From Scyliorhinus canicula (Eukaryota): 64,000 nt of DNA. Under the pieces are notes generated by a model. The model searched no databases. It was given only the letters and a program-made list of their open reading frames with translations, and was not told the DNA's origin. The stretch is taken from positions 19,005,327-19,069,326 of the forward strand of contig NC_052172.1 in assembly GCF_902713615.1 (NCBI RefSeq), written 5' to 3'. Positions 37,726-50,820 of the stretch are shown piece after piece. Every line of letters begins with the position of its first letter. Within the stretch, counting starts at the first letter, position 1. A program made the translations under genes and the position numbers.

Positions 37726-38714
37726 TAATTTCAGTACGGATAGTTTAATGCCTGGTCCATGCCTGTCACCCAACTCCCATGTGAACACGTTTGTCACCTT
37801 CTGGTCTCCTCGGGTTGTTCACAGACAGTTAGACACTTGTTCAGGCGATTCTCTTGCTCCTCTGACTGCTCTGCTGCCTACAGCCTGTCAGAAGCCATCA
37901 GCATCCAGGATACAGCCCCTGACAGATGGCCCCGAGGCAGCAAAGCTGTTTACAAGCCGTGTCTCTCTCACTCACTCACCTCACTGGCTGTGGGACCCAG
38001 TCCCAGCCTTGTTAACTCACCCACTGTACCGTGATGAGAGGGACGATGACACGGCAGGGGGGGTGGGGGAAGAGAGAGAGAGAGAGAGAGAGCCGACATC
38101 TGTCAACAATGGCAGGATGTACAGGCCCCAGGCGTTGGGACGGTCAGGGACATTCGGTGCCATATTGTTTGCGTCTCGACTTAGAACTGAGATTTGTGTT
38201 TAATGTTGGGCTGAGGGCAATGAAGTGTTTTCCCACCTGGATTTGTTTCCTCACAGGCCCCTCCGCCCCCACCCCCATTCGCCCCACCCCCGTGAGCCTG
38301 GCTCCCCAATGTCCCTCGATTGAATTTGTCGCCACCACACTCTCAGACAGTGCATCCCAAATCCTCGTCGCCCACTGCAAAAGGAGTTTTTTGTCCTCGT
38401 GTCACTTTTGCCAATCCGTATCATCTGATTGGATTAATTTATTTTGGGGGGGGGGGGTGACCAGATGACCTCCCACGGCCAACGGCCCTGCCCCCCACTC
38501 CCCCCAAGACATGTCACTCTTCATCGGTACCGCCCCCGTCCCCGTATAAATCAATACCCCCACGCACTCGATCCTCAATATTTTTCTCACGAGTAAACAT
38601 TGGGAGATTTTCTCTCCTCCCAGTTATCTCCTGAAGATTAAATCTTCGGCTCCCAGAGGACCCCCCCCCCCCCCACGTTGGGCAATAACCCAAAACGTCG
38701 TGTAGCAAACTCAC

Positions 38715-38832
38715 CCCGAGCCACACGTGTCTTAACTCGGGACGTACGACTGACCCTTCCGGATCCTGGTTTCCAATCCAGTGCTGTCTGCTACGGTAAA
38801 TAATGCCACAGGTCGAACATTCCAGGACATAC
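38715..38832 (-). CDS. ZFYVE1-like exon 7
   Basis: YVLECSTCGIIYRSRQHWIGNQDPEGSVVRPELRHVWLG; TAG/GTGAGT borders; 118 nt, phase 2 to 0. Confidence 0.93.
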
Positions 38833-39118
38833 CTAAGTAGCAAATGAAGACACATCAGGCCAAATATTTCCCATTTTCCTTTAATATTTTTCAGGAATTC
38901 AAGGACAGGGAAAGCACCCCGACGTTAGCCATGGTAAAGATCGGACCGAGCTTGGGCGGCAGAGAAACGGAGTCAGGGACGGACGATGACGATGAGGGAC
39001 GCCGACTGGGTTTTGGAAGATCCGTGGGACAACGGGAAGACGGGAGGGTGGGGGGTGGGGGGGGGGGGCGAGGATTTCCAGCGTCTGCAGCTTCCCTGGG
39101 GACGTGAGAGTTGGAGTA

Positions 39119-39300
39119 GGGGCTGGTTTAGCACAGTGGGCTAAACAGCTGGCTTGTAATGCAGAACGAGGCCAGCAGCGCGGGTTCAATTCCCGCACCA
39201 GCCTCCCCGAACAGGCGCCGGAATGTGGCGACTAGAGGCATTTCACAGAAACTTCATTGAAGCCGACTTGTGACAATAAGCGATTATTATTATTATTATA
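39119..39300 (+). mobile_element. short tRNA-SINE
   Basis: GGGGCTGGTTTAGCACAG head, (ATT)n tail. Confidence 0.85.
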
Positions 39301-39859
39301 TGGAGTTCATTAGCTTACAATGATGAAAGGAAGGATGGGCCTGCATTTGGATAGGGCCTTGGACCATGTAACGTTCCAAAGTGTTTTATAGTCGACAGAG
39401 CACATTTAGGTGCAGTCACTGCCGTGGGAAACAGAACAAAGTATGCACAGAAAGATCCCACAAATCCCTTTGTGATAAAGATTATTTTATTTGAGGGTTG
39501 TGATTGAGGGTTAACCTTTGAACAGGGCACCAGGCACCGCACAAAATAGTCGCCAAGGAGTCCGTCACCCAAAAGGGACCCTCGGTTTAACGTTTCCTCC
39601 GGGAGGTGATGCCCCCGACAGTGCGGCACTCCCACCGCGTCGCACAGGAAGGAAGGCTGGACAGGAGAGGGGCAGGGGATTCAAAATTCGGGAAGAACTC
39701 ATCGGGAAATCTCGAGGACAGGGTAGTTTCTCCAGCTGGATGGGAAAGGAACTGGGGCGCCGTCTCTTCCGTGGGTATAACAGGCAGCTATTCGGCCGGG
39801 AAACCCGCTCTCCACCTCTCTCTGCACAGCTGACTCCACCTTCACACCGACGACAGCAC

Positions 39860-40054
39860 GGGGACTGGTTTAGCACACTGGGCTAAATCGCTGGCTTTGA
39901 AAGCAGACCAAGGCAGGCCAGCAGCAGCGGGTTCAATTCCCGTACCAGCCTCCCCGAACAGGCGCCGGAATGTGGCAACTAGGGGCTTTTCACAGTAACT
40001 TCATTTGAAGCCTACTCGTGACAATAAGCGATTTTCATTTTCATTTTTCATTTC
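39860..40054 (+). mobile_element. short tRNA-SINE abutting the exon 6 donor
   Basis: full head-to-(TTTCA)n tail copy. Confidence 0.88.
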
Positions 40055-40060
40055 ACTCAC

Positions 40061-40158
40061 CCTGACCAGGCGTACGTTGCTAATCCAAACCACTTGCTGT
40101 CCGTTGATGCGGAGGTTTTGGGATTGACAGCCACCTCCAGGCCACGCTCGTAGCACAC
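40061..40158 (-). CDS. ZFYVE1-like exon 6
   Basis: VCYERGLEVAVNPKTSASTDSKWFGLATYAWSG; CAG/GTGAGT borders; 98 nt, phase 0 to 2. Confidence 0.93.
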
Positions 40159-40491
40159 CTGGATCAGATCAGAAGGTAGCTTCAGACTTCAGCGCTGCCT
40201 CCTCTTCCCCCTCCCTCCTTCCCTTATACTCCATACATTAGGGGTTGAGCAATAGGCCATTCAGCCCTTCCAAGCCTGCTCCACCATTCAATAAAATCAT
40301 GTGGTCACAACTCCATTTTGCCATCAGCTCCCCCTTGATTGTAATGTCCGACGAGCAGAATTGTGTTGTAGAAACTGATGGAGGATTGGAAAGTACATTT
40401 GCTTCCACCGCCTCGCTGCTGGCAACACGCCACCCTGACCTGGAAATATATCGGCCATTCCTCTATTGACACTGGGTCAAACTCCCTCTGT

Positions 40492-41492
40492 GGGTGGCAC
40501 AGTGGTTAGCACTGCTGCCTCACAGCACCAGGGACCCGGGTTCAATTCCGACCTCGGGTGTCTCTCTGCGGAGTCTGCACGTTCTCCCCGCGTCTGCGCG
40601 GGTTTCCTCCGGGTGCTCCGGTTTCCTCCCACATTCTAAGAGACGTGCAGGTTATGATGGATTGGCCGTGCTGAATTGCCGCTTAGTGTCCAACGGTTCG
40701 GTGGGGTTACGGGGATCGGGTAGGGAATGGGGCTCAGGTAGGGTTGTCTTTCGGAGGGCTGGTGCAGCTTCGATGGGCCGAATGGCCCTCTGTAATGTAG
40801 GGATTCTATGATTCCATCAGCACAGTGAGTGTATCTACATCACAGGGCCTGCAGCGGGTTCAAGAAGACAGCTCACCATCACCTTCTCCGGGGCAATTAG
40901 GGATGGGCAATAAAGGGCAGCACGGTGGCACAGTGGTTAGCATTGCTGCCTACGGCGCTGAGGACCCGGGTTCGAATCCCGGCCCTGGGTCACTGTCCGT
41001 GTGGAGTTTGCACATTCTCCCCGTGTCTGCGTGGGTTTCACCCCCACAACCCAAAGATGTGCCGGGTAGGTGGATTGGCCATGCTAAATTGCCCCTTAAA
41101 TTGGCAAAAAATAATTGGGTACGCTAAATTTAAAAAAAAAAAGGGATGGGCAATAAATGGAGGCCTCGCCCAGTGATGCCTGGTATCCAGGAAGAAATGA
41201 GGAAACAGAACTGTCTGTCTGTTAAAAGGGCAGCGCAGTGGTTAGCACTGCTGCCTCACCTAGCCGGGGTCCCGGGTTCGATTCCCGGCTTGGGTCACTG
41301 TCTGTGCGGAGTCCGCACGTTCTCCCCGTGTCTGCGTGGGTTTCCTCCGGGTGCTCCGGTTTCCTCCCACAAGTCCCAAAGATGTGCGGGTTAGGTGAGG
41401 TCATGGGGGAGCAGGCCTGGGTAGGGTGCTCTTTCAGAGGGTCAGTACAGAATCGATGGGCTGAATGGCCTCCTTCTGCGTGATGATTCTAT
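40492..41492 (+). mobile_element. three V-SINE copies (about 40492-40812, 40914-41142, 41227-41492) within LINE remnants
   Basis: consensus; middle copy has TSD GGGATGGGCAATAAA. Confidence 0.8.
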
Positions 41493-41517
41493 GAAACGCC
41501 ATTGGGAGACGCCTTAC

Positions 41518-41626
41518 CCGGCAGATCAGAACCTTGTTGTTGTACTGATGGGTGTATCGACATCGGCTCTTTGCAGTGTGAGCGACATTATCCTTCAAGT
41601 GGTTCATATTCTTTGTACAGCGAGCC
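41518..41626 (-). CDS. ZFYVE1-like exon 5
   Basis: ARCTKNMNHLKDNVAHTAKSRCRYTHQYNNKVLICR; AG/GTAAG borders; 109 nt, phase 2 to 0. Confidence 0.93.
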
Positions 41627-42610
41627 CTTCAACAATTAAAAAAAAACGGAACAGTAACATTTCCCCTCCTGGTTACTCTCTGCACCTCATTTACCGCAAC
41701 ACAGGCCTCTGGTTCACTGTCAGCTTGACGTAGAGCAGGGGCGGGTTACGTGGGTATTTTCCAGACCTGAGTGAGCGATGAGGAATGGAGTGGTGGCTTT
41801 GGGTCGTCTACACGGAAACAAGGAGGCGGAAGGGAGATTTAATTGAGGTGTAGCAAATTCTGATGGGGCCAGGATAGAGTGGACAGGGAGGACATGATTC
41901 CCTCAGCAGACAGGTCATTAACCAGGGGGCTGAGATTTTAAAATAATTGGGAGAAGGATTGGAGAAGATGGTGGGGGGATTTTCACCTGTGTTAGGGAGA
42001 ACTCGGAGATTATCGGCGGGGAAATCTCAAGCGTTAATGGGAACGCTTACTTTTATTTTGCTCTGGTGTGAGGTGACAAGTGAAACTTCAGTGTGAATAC
42101 ATTTATTAGGGTGGCACGGTGGCGCAGTGGTTAGCACGGCTGCCTCGCAGCGCCAGGGACCCGGGTTTGCACCTTCGGCCCGTGTCTGCGTGGGTTTTAC
42201 CCCCACAACCCAAAAGATGTGCAGAGTAAGCGGATTGGCCACATTAAATTGGCCCGTAATTGGGAAGAAAACAGAATTGGGACATGCTGTCAAAGTTTTT
42301 CACCTTGCACCCATCAGAACAAATGGCAGAATGCCAAATTTCAAACAATCTCAATTTATACTCATCGGAGAAAAGGGTGATGATTGGTCAGGAGGTTGAC
42401 GCTGAATGGCTGGGGAGCTGCCATGTCTCTGATCGGGGGGGGGGGGACACACGAGGTGCGCAATGTGACCCGGAGCTTGTCCAAGGTTTTGCCCGCGACT
42501 TTTGCTCCATTGCTGGAGCGCGGAAAGCTCAGAAGGCGGGGGAGCGAAGGAAAGAACAGAGCCCCCTCCACCCCCTCCTCCCAGCCGCGCACTCTAGGAC
42601 TGTCGCTCAC

Positions 42611-42717
42611 CCACAGCTCAGACAGACGTTGGAGCAGCTGAAGTATTCATCGGGGAAGAACGAGCTGGTCGTAATTCGATCGTCCGTAATCTCCCCGTTA
42701 AACCTCATACTCAGAGC
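42611..42717 (-). CDS. ZFYVE1-like exon 4
   Basis: ALSMRFNGEITDDRITTSSFFPDEYFSCSNVCLSCG; AG/GTGAG borders; 107 nt, phase 0 to 2. Confidence 0.93.
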
Positions 42718-43338
42718 CTGGATTGAAAAGAAACCACACACGCGGGGAGTCACAAAGAGAGAGAACATTCATTCTTATGGCGCCTTGCACATCCTCCGCT
42801 TCGGAGCCAATGAAGCATTTACTTTCCTTGACGTCCAGTCGCTGTTGTACGTAGGAAACGCTGCAGCCAACCACCGCACAGCACGATCCCGCAAAGAATA
42901 GTGCCCAGATTATCATGTTTAAGTGAGTGTCCCACCCCCCCATCTCCCACCCCCCCACCTCCCCCACCCCCACCTCCTCACACCCTCCCCATCTCCTCAC
43001 ACACTCCCCACCTCCCCACACCCCCACCCCACCACCTCCCCCTCCCCACACCCTCCCCACCTCCCCACACCCCCACCTCCCCCTCCCCACACCCCCCCAC
43101 ATCCCCACCCCACCACCTCCCCCGCCTCCCCCTCCCCGACAACCCCCCCCACCACCCCCCCCACCCCACACACCCCCACCCACACCCCCCCACCACCACC
43201 TCCCCCTCCCCACACCCCCCCCCCACACCCCCCCATCCCCCAAGCACAGCAGACCATTCAGCCCATCGTGCGCACATTGGCTCAGGTAAAGCGGACCCAT
43301 CGGTCGCCCTCGACGCAACCCCTCCCCACCCGCGTTAC

Positions 43339-43556
43339 CTTCAATACGTTGTAGACGATAGCGGGCGGCCTCCGAGAGCGGGTGGACGTGTTGCTTGCCC
43401 GCCTGCACACCACCTCCAAAAACCCACTGAAGTTGGTGGGTGGCAGGGTGGTCCTGGTGCCCACGTACTCGACCGAGTTGAAGGCTTCGGTGCTCAAACT
43501 CAACTGGTGGAACCTCTTCTGGAGCAGTTGCTCGGCACCTCCTGGGGTCCGGGAGT
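43339..43556 (-). CDS. ZFYVE1-like exon 3
   Basis: EQLLQKRF...EAFNSVEYVGTRTTLPPTNFSG...VYNVLK; CAG acceptor, AAG|GTAACG donor; 218 nt, phase 1 to 0. Confidence 0.93.
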
Positions 43557-43714
43557 CTGCGAGGGGGGGAGGGGGGGAGAAGGTCAACACAGCAGCTAAA
43601 CCCGGCGTCCATGTGATTTTGTACATTATAGGTTTTTTAAAATTCATTCACAGGGCACCCCTGGTGGGGTCAGGACTTATTGCTCAACCCCAACGGTGCT
43701 GACCGACCACCGAT

Positions 43715-44418
43715 TGTGATGCTCGGGCCCATTTTGGAGAGGTGGTTAAGAGTCGACAACATGTCTTATGAAGAAAAGGTTTTATTTTATTTATTTTTTT
43801 ATAAATTTAGATTAGCCAATTATTTTTTTTTTCCAATTAAGGGGCAATTTAGCGTGGCCAATCCACCTACTCTGCACATTTTTGGATTGTGGGAGCGAAA
43901 CCCACGCAGACACGGGGAGAATGTGCAAACTCCACACGGACAGTGATCCAGAGCTGGGATCGAACCTGGGACCTCAGCGCCGTGGGGCGGTTGTGCTAAC
44001 CACTAGGCCACCGTGCTGCCCTTTATGAAGAAAGGTTGAGGGAGCTCGGGGCTTTGCTCACTGGAGCGAAGAAGGCAGAGAGGTGACTTGATAGAGGTGT
44101 ACAAGGTGATGAGAGGCATGGATAGAGTGGATAACCAGAGACTTTTCCCCAGGCCGGAAATGGCAGTCAAGAGGGGACATCATTTTAAGGTGATTGGAGG
44201 GAAGATGTCAGAGGTCGGTTCTTTACCCAGAGAGCGGTGGGTTTGTGGAATGCACTGCCAGCAGAGGTTGTGGAGTCAGAGTCATTAGGGACATTTAAGT
44301 GACTCTTAGACAGGCACATGGACAGCAGTAAATTGAAGGGGTGTAGGTTAGGTTGATCTTAGATTGGGATAAATGGTCGGCACAACATCGTGGGCCGAAG
44401 GGCCTGTACTGTTCTATA
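43715..44418 (+). mobile_element. CR1-like LINE 3' fragment interrupted by a minus-strand SINE (about 43780-44021)
   Basis: RGDLIEVYKVMRGMDRVD; TTATGAAGAAA duplicated around the SINE. Confidence 0.85.
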
Positions 44419-44786
44419 ACATCGCTGTGGGTCTGGAGTCACGTGTAGGCCAGACCAGTTAAGTACAACAGATTTCCTTCCCTAAAGGGAGACATTAGTG
44501 AATCAGATGGGATTTTACGGACAATTGGTGATGGTTGTCACGGTCGCCGTTACTGAAACCAACTTTCAATCCCAGATTTTATTCATCGAATTTGAATTCC
44601 ACGGGGTGGGATTTGAACCCGTGTCCCCCGGAGCGTTAACCTGGGGCCTTCTGGGCTACCTGATCCAGTGACAACACCAACCTCTCCGTGTCCCAGCTAT
44701 CAGAGGAATAATCTTATCAACCACCAGCCCTGAAGCGAGAGTTAGTGTCAAACTGGGAATCAATAAGCATCCTGGATCGAGCCAAT

Positions 44787-45008
44787 GGGTGGCGCAGTGG
44801 TTAGCACTGCTGCCTCACAGCACTGAGGTCCCAGGTTCCGGGTCCCGACCCCGGGTCACTGTCTGTGTGGAGTTTGCACATTCTCCCTGTGTCTGCATGG
44901 GTTTCACCCCCACAACCCAAAGGTATGCAGGGTAGGTGGATTGGCCACGCTAAATTGCCCCTTAATTGGAAAAAATGAATTGGGTACTCTAAATAAAAAA
45001 AAAAAGAA
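44787..45008 (+). mobile_element. HE1/V-SINE-like
   Basis: consensus. Confidence 0.85.
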
Positions 45009-45136
45009 ACTCTACCCACCATTACACTCCGCTGGTCACCTGGGCTGGATTTACGACCTCACAGGTCAGGGTCAACCCCATGACCTTTTCCCCCATCCCC
45101 GTCAGGTCAAGACAACCCCCCCCCCCCCCCCACACT

Positions 45137-47150
45137 CCAGCAGCACTCACAGCCGCCCAGCAGCACTCACCGCCGCCCAGCAGCACTCACCGCAGCCCAG
45201 CAGCACTCACCGCAGCCCAGCCGCCCAGCAGCACTCACCACAGCCCAGCAGCACTCACCGCCGCCCAGCAGCACTCACAGCCGCCCAGCAGCACTCACAG
45301 CCGCCCAGCAGCACTCACCGCAGCCCAGCAGCACTCACAGCAGCCCAGCAGCACTCACAGCCGCCCAGCAGCACTCACCACAGCCCAGCAGCACTCACCG
45401 CAGCCCAGCAGCACTCACAGCAGCCCAGCAGCACTCACCACAGCCCAGCAGCCCAGCAGCACTCACAGCCGCCCAGCAGCACTCACCACAGCCCAGCAGC
45501 ACTCACCGCAGCCCAGCAGCACTCACAGCAGCCCAGCAGCACTCACAGCAGCCCAGCAGCACTCACAGCAGCCCAGCAGCACTCACAGCCGCCCAGCAGC
45601 ACTCACCACAGCCCAGCAGCCCAGCAGCACTCACCACAGCCCAGCAGCCAGCAGCACTCACCGCAGCCCAGCAGCCCAGCAGCACTCACCGCAGCCCAGC
45701 AGCACTCACCGCAGCCCAGCAGCACTCACCGCAGCCCAGCAGCCCTCACAGTAGCCCAGCAGCCCTCACAGTAGCCCAGCAGCACTCACAGCCGCCCAGC
45801 AGCCCTCACAGTAGCCCAGCAGCACTCACAGCTGCCCAGCAGCACTCACCGCAGCCCAGCCGCCCAGCAGCACTCACAGCCACCCAGCAGCACTCACCGC
45901 AGCCCAGCAGCACTCACCGCAGCCCAGCAGCACTCACAGCCACCCAGCAGCACTCACCGCAGCCCAGCAGCACTCACCGCAGCCCAGCAGCACTCACAGC
46001 CGCCCAGCAGCACTCACAGCCGCCCAGCAGCACTCACAGCCGCCCAGCAGCACTCACCGCAGCCCAGCAGCACTCACCGCAGCCCAGCAGCACTCACAGC
46101 AGCCCAGCAGCACTCACCGCCGCCCAGCAGCCCAGCCGCCCAGCAGCCCAGCAGCACTCACAGCCGCCCAGCAGCACTCACAGCCGCCCAGCAGCACTCA
46201 CCGCAGCCCAGCAGCCCAGCAGCACTCACAGCCGCCCAGCAGCACTCACAGCCGCCCAGCAGCACTCACAGCCGCCCAGCAGCACTCACAGCCGCCCAGC
46301 AGCACTCACCGCAGCCCAGCAGCCCAGCAGCACTCACAGCCGCCCAGCAGCACTCACCGCCGCCCAGCAGCACTCACAGCCGCCCAGCAGCACTCACCAC
46401 AGCCCAGCCGCCCAGCAGCACTCACAGCCGCCCAGCAGCACTCACCGCAGCCCAGCTGCACTCACCGCAGCCCAGCAGCACTCACCGCAGCCCAGCAGCC
46501 CTCACAGTAGCCCAGCAGCCCTCACAGTAGCCCAGCAGCACTCACAGCCGCCCAGCAGCACTCACCGCAGCCCAGCAGCACTCACCGCCGCTCAGCAGCC
46601 CAGCAGCACTCACAGCCGCTCAGCAGCACTCACCGCAGCCCAGCAGCACTCACCGCAGCCCAGCAGCCCAGCAGCACTCACCGCAGCCCAGCAGCCCAGC
46701 ACCCCGGCAGCACTCACAGCCGCTCAGCAGCACTCACCGCAGCCCAGCAGCCCAGCAGCACTCACCGCCGCTCAGCAGCACTCACCGCAGCCCAGCAGCA
46801 CTCACCACAGCCCAGCAGCACTCACAGTAGCCCAGCAGCACTCACCGCAGCCCAGCAGCACTCACCGCAGCCCAGCAGCACTCACCGCAGCCCAGCAGCA
46901 CTCACCGCAGCCCTCACCGCAGCCCAGCAGCACTCACCGCAGCCCAGCAGCACTCACCGCAGCCCAGCAGCACTCACCGCAGCCCAGCAGCACTCACCGC
47001 AGCCCAGCAGCACTCACCGCAGCCCAGCAGCACTCACCGCCGCCCAGCAGCCCTCACAGTAGCCCAGCAGCACTCACAGCAGCCCAGCAGCCCAGCAGCA
47101 CTCACAGCAGCACTCACCGCCGCCCAGCAGCACTCACCACAGCCCAGCAG
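45137..47150 (-). repeat. 20-bp minisatellite made of the exon 2 splice donor (CTGCTGGGCTGCG|GTGAGTG)
   Basis: about 100 units; the first unit overlaps the last 13 nt of exon 2. Confidence 0.97.
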
Positions 47151-47642
47151 CTTGGTGTTGGAGGTCTCGTGAAAGACGAGCAGTGCAGGCCCCAGGCTGG
47201 ACAGGGGCACCTCCAGGCCGCAGCGGTCGGACATGGCCTTCAGCTCGCTGGTGAAGTGTTTGAGGTAGGCCTGGGAGGCGTTGCCCAGGAACCGGAAGAG
47301 GTCGTTGTGTAGCCGCTCGGCCCGAGTCCGGTACACCACCATGTCGGAGACTGCCAGCACCTTCAGCAGCAACCTCATCCGCTGGTTCTGCTTGCTGGTG
47401 GCCCCCAGCAGGCCCTCCGTGTCCAGGAGGATGAGGGACAGCGAGGGGTCGAAGGCAGCCCACACCCCCACGGTGCAGGAGTCCTGGGTTTCCGAGGTGC
47501 GGAATACCTCGTGGCCGTTGAAGAAGGTGGCGTTTAAAGTGTGAGATTTCCCATCCCCCGTATTGCCGAAAATGGAAAGGACTTTCACGGCCTTGTTGCT
47601 GGGAATCCCCAGCCTCTCCAGGAAACTTTCCTCTTCCATCAC
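47138..47642 (-). CDS. ZFYVE1-like exon 2, P-loop NTPase domain
   Basis: KVLSIFGNTGDGKSHTLN...LLDTEGLLG...LLLKVLAVSD...FHET matches the ZFYVE1 GBP/atlastin-like domain; AAG|GTG acceptor, G|GTGAGT donor; 505 nt, phase 0 to 1. Confidence 0.95.
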
Positions 47643-50600
47643 CTTCCAAAGAATGAAGCACATCGTTAGAAAGTTCAAGCTTAGGGACCGGCACAAAAAT
47701 CCAGGCTGACATACCCCCTGGGCGTAAAGTCCCAGAGTACCACTTCGGAGGAGAGCAGAGCAGTTTCTCCCTGCCAGTCATCACCGCCACCCCCCCCCCC
47801 CCCCCCCCCCCCCGGGCCACCACCACACACCCCCTCTTCCCCCCCCCCCTCCCCTCCCCACCCCCACCTCCTCCCAATAACCCTGGTCAACATTTAACTT
47901 TAAAAAGACACCATCACCAAAATCAAATTTTCTGCTCTCTACGGCATTGTTGCCTGTGGGATCTTGCTGTGCGCAAAGTATAGATCGCCAACTATTTCCC
48001 GCTGGTTTTGGGGGGGGGGGGGGGGGGGGGTCTCAGATATGGGTCACAGTAGAACAATTAGAGCCAGCCCTTTTCAGGGGTAAGGTTAGGGAACATTCCT
48101 ACACACACGCACACGCACACACTTCCCTGGATGAGCGCAGCTCCAACAACACTCAAGAAGCTCGACACCATCCAGGGCAAAGCAGCACCGCTTGATTGGC
48201 ACCCCATCCATCACCTTCTACACCTTCAGGGGCTGTTTAGCACAGGGCTAAATCGCTGGCCTTGAAAGCAGACCAAGCAGGCCAGCAGCACGGTTCAATT
48301 CCCGTACCAGCCTCCCCGGACAGGCACCGCAATGTGGCGACTAGGGGCTTTTCACAGTAACTTCACTTGAAGCCTACTTGTGACAATAAGCAATTTGCAT
48401 TTGCAACATTCACTCCCTCCACCACTGACCCACAGTGGCAGCCGTGTGTACCGTCTACAGGATGCACAGCAGCAACTCACCAACACAGCACCTTCCAAAT
48501 CCACGGCCCCTACCAAAGGCAGCAGACATATGGGAACACGCTGTCAAAATCCTGGAACTTCCTCCCGGACAGCACGGTGCTGCGTGGGTTTCCTCCGGGT
48601 GCTCCGGTTTCCTCCCACGAAAGACGTGCTTGTTAGGTGAATTGGACATTCTGAATTCTCCTTCTGTGACCCGAACAGGCGCCGGAATGTGGCGACGAGG
48701 GGATTTTCACAGTAACATCATCGCAGTGTTAATGTAAGCCTACTTGTGACAATAATAAAGATTATAATAATAAAGGTGATGGCCCTTTTAAGGGGGCAAT
48801 TAAGGATGGGCAATAAATAGCCAGTGATGTCCACACCCCATAGATGAATTGTTTAAAAACTCAAAGGGTGGTCAGAATTTTGGAACTTCTTTCCTTAAAT
48901 GGTTAGTGATGCTCCGACTGTTGTTGATTTTGAAGCAGTTTGTTGGGTTTTGGTTATCCATGCGTATCGAGGGACATGGGGCAAAGGTGGGCGTACGGAA
49001 TTAGGTCATAGATGAGACAGGATCTCACCGATTGGCAGAGGGGCTGAATTGGCCTCCTTCAGATCCCAAGCTGCCTGTCAGCCCTCAAATCAGTCACTGT
49101 CCACCCCCAAATTCTAGTGATCCCTTCACAAATTAATAAATGTTCTTTCACGAACTTCACACTCTCCAGCCCGTCAGTCACAGTGGGTCAGAAACCTTCC
49201 CCTGGAATCCATGTGCACCCTCCCCAGAGGCACGCAGCGTGGGAACATATCCGTGGAAAACAGACAGGCAATGGAGCAAAAAATCCCCATCAACGTCCAG
49301 GCCCTGGGGCAATCCAACAAGAGCAGCATTTACTTCCAATTGCGAGTCTGCACTTACAATGATTTACTTCATGCATGACTTACGTCCAACATATGTCCCC
49401 TACACGGGTGTCATTACCATGTTGCTACAGATTCTGTCCCTGGGCATCGCCGCTGCTGAAGAATCTCATTTAATTGCCCCTCGCTAGCAGGGGCATCAAT
49501 TGGCGGCAGAATTATATCCCGCAGTTAGAACAGCAGTTCAGGCTGCTTAACCGGGGATGTTAGGGCTCAGTTCCATCTCCTTAGCACAGCAGCAACTCCT
49601 CCCTCAACAGCACCTTCCAGACCCGGGATCTCTACCATCAGCAAGACCGAGACGGCAGGTACCTGGGAACCCCACCACCTGGAGCTGCCCCTTTGAGTCA
49701 CTCACCATCCCGACTTGGAAATATATCAGCCGTTCCTTATCGGCCGTTCCTTCACTGTCGCGGGGGGGGGGGGCAAAATCCCGGAACTCCCCTCCCTAAC
49801 AGCACGGTGGGTGCACCCACACCACACGGTGGGTTCAAGGTGGTGGTGGAAGATGCAATTCGGGATGGGTAATAAATGCCAGCCGAGTCCATCGATGTCC
49901 ACATCCCGTAAACAAAGGAAACAGATGTGGGAAACTCAACTGCCCCAGGAAGGGGGAATACAGAGACGAGCACATTTGTACTCGCTCCTTTACAATCCTC
50001 GGGATACTCCGCTTCCCACATTTTCCACCGTCTGCTGTCAGGGCCTCAGAATGAGTGGGTCCGAGACTCTGCTCCGATCCCCTCACCTTTTGGAGATTAG
50101 CCAATGGGGGGGGGAGGTTCCTGATTAGATGGGACCAATGGCACCATCGTCACTAGACTCCTGGGGCTGTGACCACAGAAGAACTGAGCGTGAATCCTGC
50201 AAATTCAGCCCAGGTTGGATTGGGTCGAGGACGGCTCGCTTCATCCATATTGGCAGCTTCGTAAAGGCAGTTAACTGGTGTTGGGGTAAGTACCGGGGTG
50301 GGCTTGCATTTATACTGCACATTCCACAACTTCTCAAAGTGAATCCCAGACTTAACACTTTAGGAACACAGCGGATGATGTAATGTACAGAGACACGCCA
50401 GTCAGTTTATGCACTGCAAGCTCCCACAGCAATGTGACAAATGGGCAGATCAGGTCGTGGGGTAAACATTGTTTCCCAAGCTGGGAGGACTCCCCAGCTC
50501 CTCCTCGACATGTTGGTCGCCCAATTCAAGAGGGGGGGGGGGGCAGACGGGTAACGTCCCATCTAAAGACGGTGTCTGGTGACAGAGCAGCACTCCCCTC

Positions 50601-50645
50601 AGTACTGCACTGGGAGCACCCATCTCGATTCTGTTCTTAAAATCG

Positions 50646-50820
50646 ATTGGGGGCAATTTAGCGTGGCCAATCCACCTATCCTGCACATCTTTGGGTTGTG
50701 GGGGTGAAACCCACGCAGACACGGGGAGAATGTGCAAACTCCACACGGACAGTGACCCAGGGCCGGGATCGAACCGGGGACCTCAGCGCCGTGAGGCAGC
50801 AGCGCTAACCACTGCCACCC
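50646..50820 (-). mobile_element. HE1/V-SINE-like
   Basis: consensus. Confidence 0.85.
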
